A stretch of 64,000 bases of DNA from positions 50,870,335 through 50,934,334 of the forward strand of contig NC_068992.1 in the NCBI RefSeq assembly GCF_001194135.2, written 5' to 3'. This document shows positions 14,459 to 28,018 of the stretch, one piece after another (position 1 is the stretch's first letter; each line of letters starts with the position of its first letter). The stretch comes from Octopus bimaculoides. Its lineage: Eukaryota. A program made the position numbers and the translations under genes. Under the pieces are notes generated by a model that worked only from the letters and a program-made list of their open reading frames with translations, made no database searches and was not told the DNA's origin.

Positions 14459-14790
14459 TCATTATTATTCCGAGCAAAGCTAAATATCTTGCATAATCGA
14501 GTTTTTTCACAGTTAGTGGGCCACTCTCCAGAGAAGATGCACCCGATCTTTTCTATGTATGTTATTAGGTTAATCATATATTCTGTTATGTGATGAATGA
14601 AATCGATATCCAAGTAATTTGCGACTTAAGGCCTTTGCAAACTGATCAGTATTTATAGAACAATTTTTGGTAGTAATGAAGGACCAAATCGAACAAATTG
14701 CCACAGGAAAATACAGACAGTTTATGAGGATATCTGTTCGAAGAGCACTTTTTCTTAACCTATTCTTTGTCTTATTTTTCAGATAAAAAA

Positions 14791-15533
14791 ATGTCAGACA
14801 TCAGATTGAATCAGCAAATGAAAAGGCACGCAGTAATCGTTGTCTTAAAAGCTCAGTATGGTCATACAGAGATACCTAGTTTCCTGTAAGTTTCCCGATC
14901 CTTCGTTATCAAAGTCCCAAAAGACCTGAAAGCTGCATCAAACATCAGCAGCTAAACGCAAAACGCGCAGGGATCTAGTAACATCAGAATATATAACATT
15001 GCCTCAAGATTCCAATAAATAAACGATAAAATCCCCGGAGAGTGAATCAGAGCTATTGCAAAGCACTGCAAGGTTTCATAATTCACCATCAGAAGATATG
15101 TGTATGAAGACATCCGATAGGTACAAGTCGTATGTGGTGCAGAGAATTCAGTTTATGTTGGATGCGATAAGAGAGAATCGTTCGATCGTGCAAAGCGCTT
15201 GATATTCAAGTTGAAGCACTGAGAAGCTGGCATGCTTTGGTTTAGCTCCGATGAGAAAAACGTCGATTAGGGCTACAAGGTAAAGCGGAAGGACAAAAAT
15301 GGTTATGCAGAGATGCGAATGAGGTTCCAACAATTATGCATATTAGGTTGCCAGCAACCGCAATTTTTCCGGTAGTCGTTAGTAACGAGGGAAATATCAT
15401 GCCTCCCTTCTTTTTTTTTTTTTTTACACAGGATTGAAGTTTCGATGCCGTTGTCTACACGGAGGTGCTGGAAAAAGTCGTGAGGCCCTTGCTAGAAAGA
15501 GTACACAAAGGAAGATCTTATGCTTTCCACTAA
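14791..15533 (+). pseudogene. Decayed Tc1/mariner-superfamily transposase, maT/DD37D-like (N-terminus to just before the second catalytic Asp)
   Basis: Pieced translation: MSDIRLNQQMKRHAVIVVLKAQ...YKSYVVQRIQF...AKRL...AGMLWFSSDEKN...KWLCRDANEVPTIMH...VVSNEGNIMPPFFF...YTEVLEKVVRPLLERVHKGRSYAF, with several stops and frameshifts. FSSDEKN contains the first catalytic D. Confidence 0.85.
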
Positions 15534-15879
15534 GAGGTAGAACAAGATGTTAGAAATAACAACCTACTAGCAAGATTCTATATGTTCTTAAGTTCGTGAA
15601 TTCCCTAATTTAACACAGTAGACTATGCAAAAGATATACTCGCAATAATCAACAATGCCACCGTAAAATACTTTCTTTTAGATAGCGTGTTAGTGCTAGT
15701 ATCTGCACGTACAACACACTCGTATACATTCTCACATGCAGATAAGTACACGTACATATGTGAACATATATGCGTGAGTGATTGTACGTGTCCATGCACA
15801 TGCATATAACTACTGTTTAGCTTTCTATACACATATACTTATATAATGATGCGCACACACTCACGCGCGCATACAGACA

Positions 15880-15906
15880 GACATCTACACAAGCGTGCGC
15901 GAGCAC

Positions 15907-15944
<38 letters not shown>

Positions 15945-16051
15945 AGGCTTGAGTCAATGCGTGCATAACTGTATCTCTTGTTTTATCTACCAATCAGACC
16001 TATGCCCCCTTTCTCTTTGCAACATTTCAATATTATTATTATTGTTGTTGA

Positions 16052-16086
<35 letters not shown>

Positions 16087-16164
16087 CTTTTGCTGTTGTT
16101 GTTGTTGTTCATGGTGATGCATGTAGGAATATATTTGACTATGACTGCATATATATATAAACGG

Positions 16165-16209
<45 letters not shown>

Positions 16210-16268
16210 CACACACACACAAACACACACAATCACACACACATACATACATACATACATACATACAT

Positions 16269-16329
<61 letters not shown>

Positions 16330-16444
16330 CATACATACAAATACACACGCACACACACACATGTGAATATATATATATATTTATGTGTGTGTGGAAATGT
16401 ATGCACATGCATTGATATATTGTCTAGAGTAGTAGTAGTAGTAA

Positions 16445-16485
<41 letters not shown>

Positions 16486-16535
16486 ACAACAACATCACCA
16501 ACAGCAATAGAAAAAACAAGAATAATGATAAGGAC

Positions 16536-16582
<47 letters not shown>

Positions 16583-16827
16583 TTACACACAGAGAAAGCG
16601 CAAAAGAGATTAGTAAGACAGCAGATACAAAGATGAATGCACGCAATTACACAATATGTGTGTGTGCATGTGTGTGCGTGTGTATGTGTGTGTGTATGTT
16701 CTTGTTCTTGTGAGTGAACGTGTAAGTGTCTGTACGGGGATATTTGTGTGGTTGCATGATCAGGTGCGTGTCTGTGTGTGTGTGTGTGTGTATGTGCATG
16801 CACCTTTGTGTATGTATGTGCACGCGC

Positions 16828-16869
<42 letters not shown>

Positions 16870-16870
16870 C
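15880..16870. repeat. Compound microsatellite block: (CA)n, (ATT)n, (GTT)n, (TA)n, (CATA)n, (TAG)n, (AAT)n, (TG)n
   Basis: Read directly from the sequence. It accounts for the 254-aa and overlapping low-complexity ORFs. Confidence 0.95.
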
Positions 16871-17373
16871 TATGTACATGCGTATGTGAACTTTTGTCTA
16901 TATATGGCTTGCGTGAGTGGGGACGTTATCAATTCAGCAGGAAAGATAAACGAAACATAAAGATGAAACTCGATTCTAGCAGAAAGATATCTCTATAAAC
17001 ATATTGGACTTTCATACTCTTTCGTTGACTTCGCTACGGGCAGAATGTTCATCAAAGACATCGCAACTGTCGAAGCTTCATTGTAAACTGGTCACGAGAA
17101 GATGGCATTTGTAATATGAGATTGTTTTTCTGTTTACATCTAGCGAATGTGCGTTTGACCGAGAGCTTTTTATTTTATCTACCTTTGATAATGTTACACT
17201 AATATCATTGACACAACAATATTGATACGTACGTAAGTAGATATGCACGATACTATACATATATATATACATACACACACACACGCACACATTGATACAA
17301 GCTGAATGAAGATGTACATGCAAACATACAAACCAATATATCAATATATATATATATGTGCGTATATACACAC

Positions 17374-17406
<33 letters not shown>

Positions 17407-17454
17407 TAATATATATGTGTGTGCAACTTTACAGACCTGCTTACCTCTCTCCTT

Positions 17455-17650
17455 GTCTGCCTACCTCCATATCTACCTACCTACCTACCTACCTACCTAC
17501 CTATCTACCTACCTACCGGCCTACCTGCCTGCCTACCTACCGACATAAATGCATACATACCTGCCTACATACCTGCCTACATACCTGCCTGCTTTCCTAC
17601 CTACCGACCTACCTACCTACCTACCTACCTACCTACATACATACATACAT
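17455..17650. repeat. (CCTA)n/(CCTG) tetranucleotide microsatellite grading into (CATA)n
   Basis: Read directly from the sequence. Confidence 0.9.
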
Positions 17651-18244
17651 ATTTACATAAATACATAATACATACGTACATACGTACGTAAATACTTACG
17701 TAACTACATGCGGACACACACTGCCAAGCAAATAGACTCTCAAACTATTGAAGAATGGAATGTATGAGAAATATAAAGTGCGAAAAAATATGCAGGACAA
17801 ATAAATACTAGATATCAAAGACTAAACAAGTAGCCGTACGTACCAGAATGAGATTAATCAACAGAAAATTGAAGATATATGAGGAAAGAAACAATTGGAG
17901 TCACAAAAAAAAAAAAAAAAAAAAAANNNNNNNNNNNNNNNNNNNNNNNNNNNNNNNNNNNNNNNNNNNNNNNNNNNNNNNNNNNNNNNNNNNNNNNNNN
18001 NNNNNNNNNNNNNNNNNNNNNNNNNNNNNNNNNNNNNNNNNNNNNNNNNNNNNNNNNNNNNNNNNNNNNNNNNNNNNNNNNNNNNNNNNNNNNNNNNNNN
18101 NNNNNNNNNNNNNNNNNNNNNNNNNNNNNNNNNNNNNNNNNNNNNNNNNNNNNNNNNNNNNNNNNNNNNNNNNNNNNNNNNNNNNNNNNNNNNNNNNNNN
18201 NNNNNNNNNNNNNNNNNNNNNNNNNNNNNNNNNNNNNNNNNNNN

Positions 18245-18282
<38 letters not shown>

Positions 18283-18509
18283 GTATTTCGGGATGGTCGT
18301 TTTTTTTTTTGCCAAATAAACTCACACACTATATATTTGTTGTTCATTCATTTATTACTGTTCTTATTTTAACTCCTGTCCATTGTCCGGATATCGAACG
18401 TCACACATCTGTGTATGCTCCGCTTAGTCCATTCTAATGGACTCCACTTTCGACCTACAAACAGACTCAATCGGGGTATACAGGGCCAAAGAGTAGTGGA
18501 ATCCTAAAG

Positions 18510-19166
18510 TCAGAGGCTGTGTGAGCTGGGAATCCACATGAATAATGATGAAACATTCCATGTGCATATTATATTGTGCAGACGAGTAGTTGGATGGAAT
18601 CTGATGTCATTCAGAACAATGAAAAAGGGTATCATTCTACACTTATGCAGAACTTTTGTTCTCGGTCGTCTGGATTATTGCTCCCAACTGTGGTCACGAT
18701 AGACTGTCAAACAGGTGGTGCAACTTGAGGCAACGCAGCGCACCTATATAAAGAAGATTGCCTCGGTGATGAGCTACTAGGAGAGGCTGAAGGAACTGAA
18801 GCTCTTCTCCTTAGAAGGCATGAAAGCTATGCAGTGATATAAAAATATAAAAATGGAAGCTCCTAAAATGTCTAGCTCCCACCGTTGGATTTGAAAGCTA
18901 TAACCAATCACCTCACTGGACAGCACCGCATAGTACCAACGATCTCGCCTTCTCCAGCTAGAATAAGGACCCAGTAATCTTACAGCTTGTATTTCAAGGG
19001 TCCAAACTATTCAACATTCTGCTAAACAACCTCAGAGATTTGCAAGGTGTAGATGTGGGGGTCTTCAAACGGTGTCTGGATAATTTTTTTTTATCTGAGG
19101 TACCAGATGAACCCACATCGTGGCACGAAGAAGAGTAGTTCCGTCCAACTCGCTACTTCATCATAA
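18510..19166 (+). mobile_element. 3' fragment of a CR1/L2-group LINE ORF2, decayed
   Basis: Translation: ELGIHMNNDETFHVHI...IILHLCRTFVLGRLDYCSQLWSR*TVKQVVQLEATQRTYIKKIASVMSY*ERLKELKLFSLE...FKGPKLFNIL...FKRCLDNF..VPDEP...SNSLLHH. These are typical CR1-group post-RT motifs (LEYCSPLW, ERLKxLxLxSLE). Confidence 0.85.
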
Positions 19167-19564
19167 ACTGTAGAGAAAAGAAACTCAAACAGGTGCTCCA
19201 GTATGGTCACAATCTTGGGGGGATGAAACGTATACGAAAATAAAAGATTAATAGATGCATGTATGTGTGTATACACTCACTCACTCATACATACATACAT
19301 ACACATATATAAACACGTTAAAATTTAAGTGCGTTTGAATGGGTAATGATAAAAATAGCTTTCTTAAATTGAAATTGAGGTGTTGATGAATGCCTTGGAA
19401 TTGATGATTGCGTATATATCAGCTTCCTTTCTTTGTATCTGAATAGATACAATTAGATGTAATAGATTGGATAGAAAAGAAGTTCCCTTTCTTAAACATA
19501 TGACTGTAGACCTTTACCGTTGAAAAATCTGTCATTTTTATTACACAATGCTTACACGCACACG

Positions 19565-19626
<62 letters not shown>

Positions 19627-20424
19627 TAGAACGTATACTTGTGTGCATTTGTGTGTATGTGTATATATATATGTATTTTCGTGAGGGTATGTGAGTGATT
19701 TTACGTGTGTGCATATCTCAATGAGTTCATGATAAAAAAAGTAATTTCGAAGGGAATCATATTTGAAACATGGCCTTTCGTCTCCATAATAGCTATTTAA
19801 CAAACAATTATCTTGCAGAAGAATGCTGCAGAGAAAAGCGGGGACAGAAAGTATAAGGAGAAAAAAAAATCAGAGCAAAAGTTGGGAGATCTTGAAAAAA
19901 ATCGTTAGTGGAGTAAATTTGGATATTCCACTCACTTTTATGATATCTATGTATTTGTCTGTTTGTCTTTCTGTCGGTCTAGCTAACCATCTATCTATCT
20001 ATGCTATGTGTATGTATCTATCTATGTATTTTTGGTATGCATATATATGTATGTGTAGATATATGCGTATATGTGAAATCACAGTACAGATACATGATTA
20101 AGAAGTTACGTACGCAAGATTAGATTTGATCGCACAGAAAAGCATCTTTTTTAAGTGTCATATTCAATAGTCTCAGTTGCACCTATTTTTTGTGTGTGAA
20201 TGTGATGAGACAGCAACTGTATAGTAGGTTGACTAGTAAATTGGTCTTGTTGCTGGAGAAACGTTAGTAGCTTGCCTTGTTGACACCTCGAGAATTACTT
20301 TTAATGTAATATGTGTCTTTCGAAATTTTAGCTATTTACAAGTTAATTGAAAAGCAAATAATGCAGTTCAATTAAGACAGAATCTTCAATGTTGAACGAC
20401 AGTGATTCTGTACCATGTGATTCT

Positions 20425-20462
<38 letters not shown>

Positions 20463-22282
20463 GTATATGCATGCATATATACATACACCTATATCGTGAA
20501 CATCGAAATGAAATACGGAAACGATTAACAGGAAAGGTCAAATAAAATTCGAAATCCTCTTATCAGGCATGGAGAAATGATTTAGATTCAGAAGCACTTA
20601 TAATGTGGAAGGTCTTTACATTCCATGATACTTCTCCTTTGGTTGAGATGATCGACGTACAGCGATTAACTGTGGAGGTCAACCAAAGAATGAAAGAGAA
20701 AGTGAAGACGGATACAATTAATACAATACATAATTCACAGTAAGACACTCACACACATACACAAACATATCCACATATATATGTGTGGATGTCTTTCGAC
20801 AAGGTATTAGGGGAGAACGTAAAACTCATTTGTTAATCGGTGAAGAAATGTTTCTGGCAAAGGGCAGATCAGGTAGTAAGAACTTCTGACTTGTGTGTGT
20901 AGAGTGTTAGCAGCTAATGCTATCCAAATTAGTTGTCCCAATTCTCTGTAGCTACTAGATATGGTGATATATATAGCCAGAATGGTTACGTGTTCCTCTG
21001 GCATGGTTCAAAGGAGGCAGACATCTTTAGGAAAGCACCAATAAGAGTCGAAAATCTATCAAGATTTTTCTTAAGTTTTCAGTCCACCGAAAAATAGGCA
21101 AATTGTACCGGCATGTAATGTTTACTGCATACGTCTATGTATGTATGTACGTATTTAAACATGCACGAGTTTGTATGTGAGGTGTAAGTGTATAGGTAAG
21201 TCACAATTTCAATATAATGTAATTAATAGCTAGTTCTGATGCCAGCATTTTCTTAATGGAGTGTTACTAATTACTAGTAGCTGATTATAAGTAAATTTAG
21301 GAGCCTAATAAACATTAACATGGAATGAAGCAAAAACAATAACGAAAAACCTTCGCTCAAACCCATAGCATATAAAAGGCAAAGCCTAAATCGAAAAGAA
21401 AGCAAATATTGATGGAATGATTATTCTGAATAAAATAATTAAGGCCGAACAAAAACTGGTTACCTCAAATAACTACTTAATCATCACAACAATAATAATT
21501 TAAACCTAAACGGACACAGACATTGCGTTATCAGCTGCTCTATTGGAAATCATTATACATAAATATTTAATTAGGTGACTGAACACAAATTGCCTTAAAC
21601 TATGTGTTTCATTGTATATTAAAACTCACGTTATTTTTCGATCGGCCATTTTAATTAAGAATTTTCGTCTAAAGATCCAGGCGTATATTACCTGTCAAGA
21701 AACATAACTTTGGGGAAGATTCCTTTCCAGGTGACTGAGTGTTCTCATTTATGTCTTATTCTCGGTATTGAGCACGCTTCTATTTTCCATTATCAGCAAC
21801 GTACACACATTTATTCACAGAGAAATGCATGCGGCACTCAAATATTTATCCAACGTACAAGCAAACCCTTCATTCCTAAAACCTTATACAACCACATAAA
21901 ATATAATAAGCGCCTACTCGTTTCGGAGTTCATCCATAACGCACAAATGAAAAGTCAGCAATACTAGTACGGAATTTTAGGTCTAATATATCATTCGCAG
22001 AACATTTCATAGCTCCTCTCCTGCCTATTTGCAAGATCTAGAGACAAGGTGAGATAAAATGTCTGCAACACAATTTCTTCATACGGCAGACACGTAAGTA
22101 GTTTTTCGTCTTGATTCAAAATGGTCGACTATTAATACTGCTCAGTTTTAAGAGCAATGTAAGATTATCAACCAGTTCCCTTTCTGCTGATTGAAATAAA
22201 CCATTTATTTTGCTGTTGTGTTATTGGCAACACTTGTACACACACACACACACATTATATACGTATATATATATATATACAT

Positions 22283-22357
<75 letters not shown>

Positions 22358-23044
22358 CATATATATACATGTGTACATATAGTGCATATAAGTATACTTA
22401 TAAAGACATATTAACAGGCATACACGCTCATACAGCCTCCTATACATAGATTGCCTATGTATATACTTACAGATATATCTATATGTACATGTGTGTGTGT
22501 AATATGTATACATACATTTATATATGCAAGTATATGCATGTGTGTATGTGCGTTTGTGTGTATGCGTGTGTATACTACGTAAGTGAAAATGGTAAAAGAG
22601 AACCTTTTATATTTTTATGGATTGATCTAAAACAAAAATTCAAGGAATATAAGTAATGAGAATTTACTGTGGATGTTAAAGTGAAATCTGAAACAATTAT
22701 TGTGAAGGAGAATTGATCGTTAAAATTTGAAGTTTCCACATATCGCGGAAAATTTTGATTTACAGCAATTTAAATGTAATGCGTTGTTAGATAATGGATA
22801 GTTAAGCTTTGAAAGGAGGCGCAGTTGTAATGTTGAGAGGAATTATTTAAAAACATATTTATTTTCTTCGATCTTCAATCCATCTAGTTAGCTAGTCTGC
22901 CACCAGTTCAATATACGTTATTTTTATGCTTCGCTTCTAGTATATATCTCTAGTGATCGATGAAAATGATCGGCCATCAAACAGTTTTATCTTTATTCCC
23001 GTTTTAATGACATTATAGGTGTAGTTTAATGGGAATTAATTTAA

Positions 23045-23450
23045 AGAAATAAAAGAAAATGGAGTTCAGACTCAGTAAAAAAATAAATTCAACTTGAAAA
23101 AGTGGTTCAGAGTTTTACATTAGTCCGTAATGTACATAAAAAATTTTAAATGTCTTATAAAAGAATGTCTGTATACCACTTTAGTGTATAGCATTAAATT
23201 TGAAATAGTGTCATTCATTTTATTACGGGATTCCATTAAACATCACATGGTCTGTTTAATCGTGAGGACGTTTATAAGAGAGATGATTAAATTAGGCATC
23301 AGAGAGACGGAGGGTACACAATCGAGGGACGGTGAATAGAAATATTTGTTGATAGATAGCTTAATTAATTATATGTTTGATTGATTGAAGCTTAATACAC
23401 TGAATGAGTGATTTATTGTTTTGTTTTTTTCATAGATTGAATGTATATAT
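23045..23450 (+). repeat. Copy 1 of a diverged ~400-bp direct duplication (copy 2 at 30505-30912)
   Basis: Five collinear anchors at an offset of 7459-7467 bp; see findings. Confidence 0.75.
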
Positions 23451-23474
23451 ATTTTAAATAAGATTGACAGAATT

Positions 23475-23533
<59 letters not shown>
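23475..23533. repeat. (GA)n microsatellite
   Basis: Read directly from the sequence. Confidence 0.95.
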
Positions 23534-23534
<1 letters not shown>

Positions 23535-24557
23535 TGGAGAGAAAGAGAGAGAGGGAGCGGGAGAGGGAAATAATGTGAAGAAGATAGAAAGGCAGACAGA
23601 TAGAAAACAGCGCCTGTTAAACAAGGTGGGAAAGGTTTACATTAATTCAAACTTAGTAAGACGAAAGATGAATTTATGATGAAGAAGGAGAACGAGTGAT
23701 AGAACGAGTGATAGAGTAAAGGAGCGGAAGATAACGGAAGAAGAAGAGAACTATGTAACGTGAAAGCTATATGCATTATATACGTACACACGTGCACTCA
23801 GACACATATAATTGTGTTGGTTTGCCCAAAGAAACCAAACGCAGTAGGATATATCTAATTACTAAAGAACATATTTCATACATTCATAATCAAAATATTT
23901 TAGAGAATAAATGAATACGTTTTAAGAAATTTGCTCTACTACGGTGAAAATGGATTAAATATTCAATTATAAGATGCTATATAAATAATGTTACATCTTA
24001 TTGATATATAAATATTAATGACGCCGTAGTGGTTAATATATTTACATAGAAGGATTATAATATGTGTAAAATTTAAATGAACACAGTTGCATTCATCGTA
24101 TTGAGAACTATCGTAGCATTACCATTCCTGCATGAAAACGATGTAGTTTAATATGAAAGTATACACTGCAAAAGTTATTTTAATATTTATCCTCTTATTA
24201 AGGTAGTAGACTACTTTAGAATGGTAAATCATTTACGCTCTACGTGAAAATTGGTTAGTTTTGCTTTTGTTAATTAGACTTCTTGTTGATTGTACCGCTT
24301 GTTCTACTGTTCTGAGCTTTTCCGTTTCGAAGAACAGAAAACGTCTTGCTACTGAGCGCTAAATACATTTCATGACTAATTATCTCTTCTAGTCAAATTG
24401 TTTAAGTGTAAGATATGGAATAATAAATAGCTAACTTTGTAGATTCACTACATATATATATATTATTGCAGGCATACACATATATTGTTTTCAGCACAGT
24501 TAGATCTTTAACTGTACGTAGATTCGTATGTATACATACAATACATACATGCATGTT

Positions 24558-24599
<42 letters not shown>

Positions 24600-24654
24600 T
24601 GTGTGTGTGTATGTGTGTGTGTGAGAGAGAGTGTAAATATTCTTTATTCTTTTT

Positions 24655-24772
24655 TCTTTTACTTGCTTCAGTCATTTGACTGCGGCCATGCTGGAGCACC
24701 TCGTTGAAGGGTTTTAGTCGAACAAATCGACTCCGGGACTTTTTTTTTAAAGCCTGGTAGTTATTCTATCTA
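24655..24772 (-). mobile_element. SINE family A, 3' tail fragment; another plus-strand tail remnant at ~25465-25512
   Basis: TTACTTGCTTCAGTCATTTGACTGCGGCCATGCTGGAGCACC matches the tails at 41.0, 58.5 and 63.1 kb. Confidence 0.85.
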
Positions 24773-24778
24773 ACCCTG

Positions 24779-24843
<65 letters not shown>

Positions 24844-25587
24844 GTGTGTATGAATTACTGTCCTTATCCTTAGTAGGTCTCAGAATATTGATTCATTCTG
24901 AAATGGAAAATGAATTTTTTTCTCACAACATATATTTGGGTTTTCTTGAAAAGTATTCCTTTCTTCCAAAATTGTTTAGAAATTCACGTAATTACTATAT
25001 ATTCATTATTGTTATAGTCAACAAAATTCTATTTTTCTAACTGAAATGCTTGTGGACATGCAATGTTCTAAGTAGTATTCTCCTCACCTCCTAAGAAACG
25101 TATTTCCATAAACAATACCATCTCAGTCGTTGTTCACCACTTTGAATTGTTGTAAATGACTTCAGAGGTACTTTTGGAAAACCAACAGCCATATAGGCAT
25201 ATGACTGTAAAATAAGAGGCTGACGTCTGTGGTCTGGTTAGGCCAAACAGATTCATAGGAACTCTTATATACACCTGTAACATCATGGGTCTTTATTATG
25301 TACGAAAGTGGTTACGGCACACTCCTTTGATTAACCGAAACAGCTGTCAAGATAAAACATAACTCCATTCCTATACTTTATTTCATTTTCCGTAGTCTGT
25401 ATTCATTATTTCATGTACATACATGCATTAAGCCTATTTCTGTTTATCCGTCTTAATATATGTAGGTGGTGCCCCAACATGACCGCAGTCGAATGACACA
25501 AATAAAAGATAAAATATATTCACGCAAATACACTAACACACGCACACGCACGCGCATACGCATACATAGTTTACTGATATGTTAAAG

Positions 25588-25990
25588 GATTTTCTCATCC
25601 GGTTCTGATTTTATGATGCCTCGTTCACTTCTACGCAACTTATTGACTCTCACCTCCCCTCTAACGTTCTTGAATCTCTTGTGCCAGCGACAAAGGAATT
25701 CTTACTTCATACAAGTTAATCCGCAATCAATTTGAAGCATTTCATGAATTCCTGTTGCGTTTTTACCCAGGTTAACACAGATATGTATTGCGTAGCGAAC
25801 TTCCAAGCTAGCCAACTGTGGCAAGTATTCTTTAGTAGGATATATTCCTAGAACTATTACAGCCATCTCGTTCAATTTGGAATAATAAATATTGGCAGTT
25901 TTGCTTATCTGATTATCGTAATAATATATCAAAATTAGAATAATCTAGGACAGTTATAACAACCTCTCTTAAAAATTCTGAAATTGGGAA
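25588..25990 (-). mobile_element. mariner 5' fragment (N-terminal helix-turn-helix region plus leader)
   Basis: Minus-strand translation EVRYAIHICVNLGKNATGIHEMLQIDCGLTCMK*EFLCRWHKRFKNVRGEVR resembles mariner N-termini (QRYAIKFCxKLGKNATE...WHKRF). Confidence 0.75.
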
Positions 25991-26062
25991 ATGAACGTCG
26001 TACAAACATTCTGTATGTATGTGTGTGTGTGTGTATTGTCTGTCTGTGTGTGTGTGTGTGTG

Positions 26063-26098
<36 letters not shown>

Positions 26099-26641
26099 NN
26101 NNNNNNNNNNNNNNNNNNNNNNNNNNNNNNNNNNNNNNNNNNNNNNNNNNNNNNNNNNNNNNNNNNNNNNNNNNNNNNNNNNNNNNNNNNNNNNNNNNNN
26201 NNNNNNNNNNNNNNNNNNNNNNNNNNNNNNNNNNNNNNNNNNNNNNNNNNNNNNNNNNNNNNNNNNNNNNNNNNNNNNNNNNNNNNNNNNNNNNNNNNNN
26301 NNNNNNNNNNNNNNNNNNNNNNNNNNNNNNNNNNNNNNNNNNNNNNNNNNNNNNNNNNNNNNNNNNNNNNNNNNNNNNNNNNNNNNNNNNNNNNNNNNNN
26401 NNNNNNNNNNNNNNNNNNNNNNNNNNNNNNNNNNNNNNNNNNNNNNNNNNNNNNNNNNNNNNNNNNNNNNNNNNNNNNNNNNNNNNNNNNNNNNNNNNNN
26501 NNNNNNNNNNNNNNNNNNNNNNNNNNNNNNNNNNNNNNNNNNNNNNNNNNNNNNNNNNNNNNNNNNNNNNNNNNNNNNNNNNNNNNNNNNNNNNNNNNNN
26601 NNNNNNNNNNNNNNNNNNNNNNNNNNNNNNNNNNNNNNNNN

Positions 26642-26687
<46 letters not shown>

Positions 26688-26881
26688 AAATTTCTTCAAG
26701 AAAAATTTTGGTGGCAATGGCTTAGAATTCCCAGCTTTGTAGCTGACAATGATGACAGGTAGGACGCCGACAGAACATAATCCTTATTTAATTGTTTCTT
26801 GAAACAATTCAAAACTAGGTATGCTATTAAAAATTATTGAACAATCCATCATTTTAATATTAATAAATCATAAACGTAATA

Positions 26882-27151
26882 AATAACAAAGGCACTCAGA
26901 TAGTGCAAACCTCCGCCAAGGCAACACCTACGTACTCACAACGATTAACCGGAGGGGATTTTTAAAATGAGAATATCTGAAATAAACTCGACTGCTCTCA
27001 CAAACCAGAATACTAAAAATGAACCCGACCGCTCTCAAAGTTAAGTAAAAAAAAAAGAAGAAAAATAATCCAAAATCCTTGCCCGGTACATGATCGATCA
27101 TAATGGTCACCACGGAATGTGAAGGTGGGTATGCAGACCGTTTCTGTAATG

Positions 27152-27195
<44 letters not shown>

Positions 27196-27250
27196 TCTGC
27201 AGTGGGAACAGGGACATTTTTCTCTATGAAGGCCTTTTTTAGTCTATCCA
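26882..27250. mobile_element. Probable non-autonomous DNA element with an internal (TG)n, possibly Helentron/HINE-like
   Basis: Starts AACAAAGGCACTCAGATAGTGCAAACCTCCGCCAAGGC, which resembles HINE-like termini as I recall them. The opposite end could not be confirmed. Confidence 0.3.
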
Positions 27251-27354
27251 CGGATATAGTATCTGTATATATACATGTACACACACTTACACATGCATCT
27301 ATAGGCACACATGTACGTACATGTAAATAGACAGATCAATAGATAGATAGATAA

Positions 27355-27426
<72 letters not shown>

Positions 27427-28018
27427 AAAAGACGTATGACATATAAAGAAAAAATATATACTGTGATACATAAAAATTTAGCGTCAATAGTAGAGAATTT
27501 TAATTCGAAATGCTTTTGTTATTGCGAATGGAAATAAATTGATTTTCTTCTATAATTTTGAATGTCCTCTTTCAATATTTCTGAATGGAAACAATTAGAC
27601 AGTAGAGGTTAGAATTAAATACTCTTTGTTGAGCTTATCACCTTGCACTCGTTTCTTAATAAAATATAAAACAATATTCACAAGCATATTATGTACATAC
27701 ATATATACATACATACATACATATACACGCACATGCATACACACACATACATATATGTGTGCGTATGAGAGTGCGTGTCTGCGTATGAATTAAAACAAAC
27801 AGGAGTATTTGTTCATAAATTGCTTAGGTGAACCAACTAAGTTTATGAAAAATATTCTGCTATTTGCTTTGGCTTTCTGTATGCACTCTAAGTTGTTACC
27901 AACTTTAGAGTGCAACGAAAGGCAGCTCTGCAGAATGTGCCTTCAGATATATGCAAATGCATATGGAACTCTAAACACTCGCTGTTTATCGAGCAAGTTA
28001 AATTTAAATAGCAATGCA

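Noticed and set aside
17045-17110. NCRSFIVNWSREDGIC resembling a PAN/apple motif
   Set aside because: The preceding cysteines are absent, the acceptor is poor, and the frame ends without a donor.
17455-17650. (CCTA)n array as an interstitial telomere
   Set aside because: The unit is TAGG, not TTAGGG or TTAGG; it is an ordinary tetranucleotide microsatellite.
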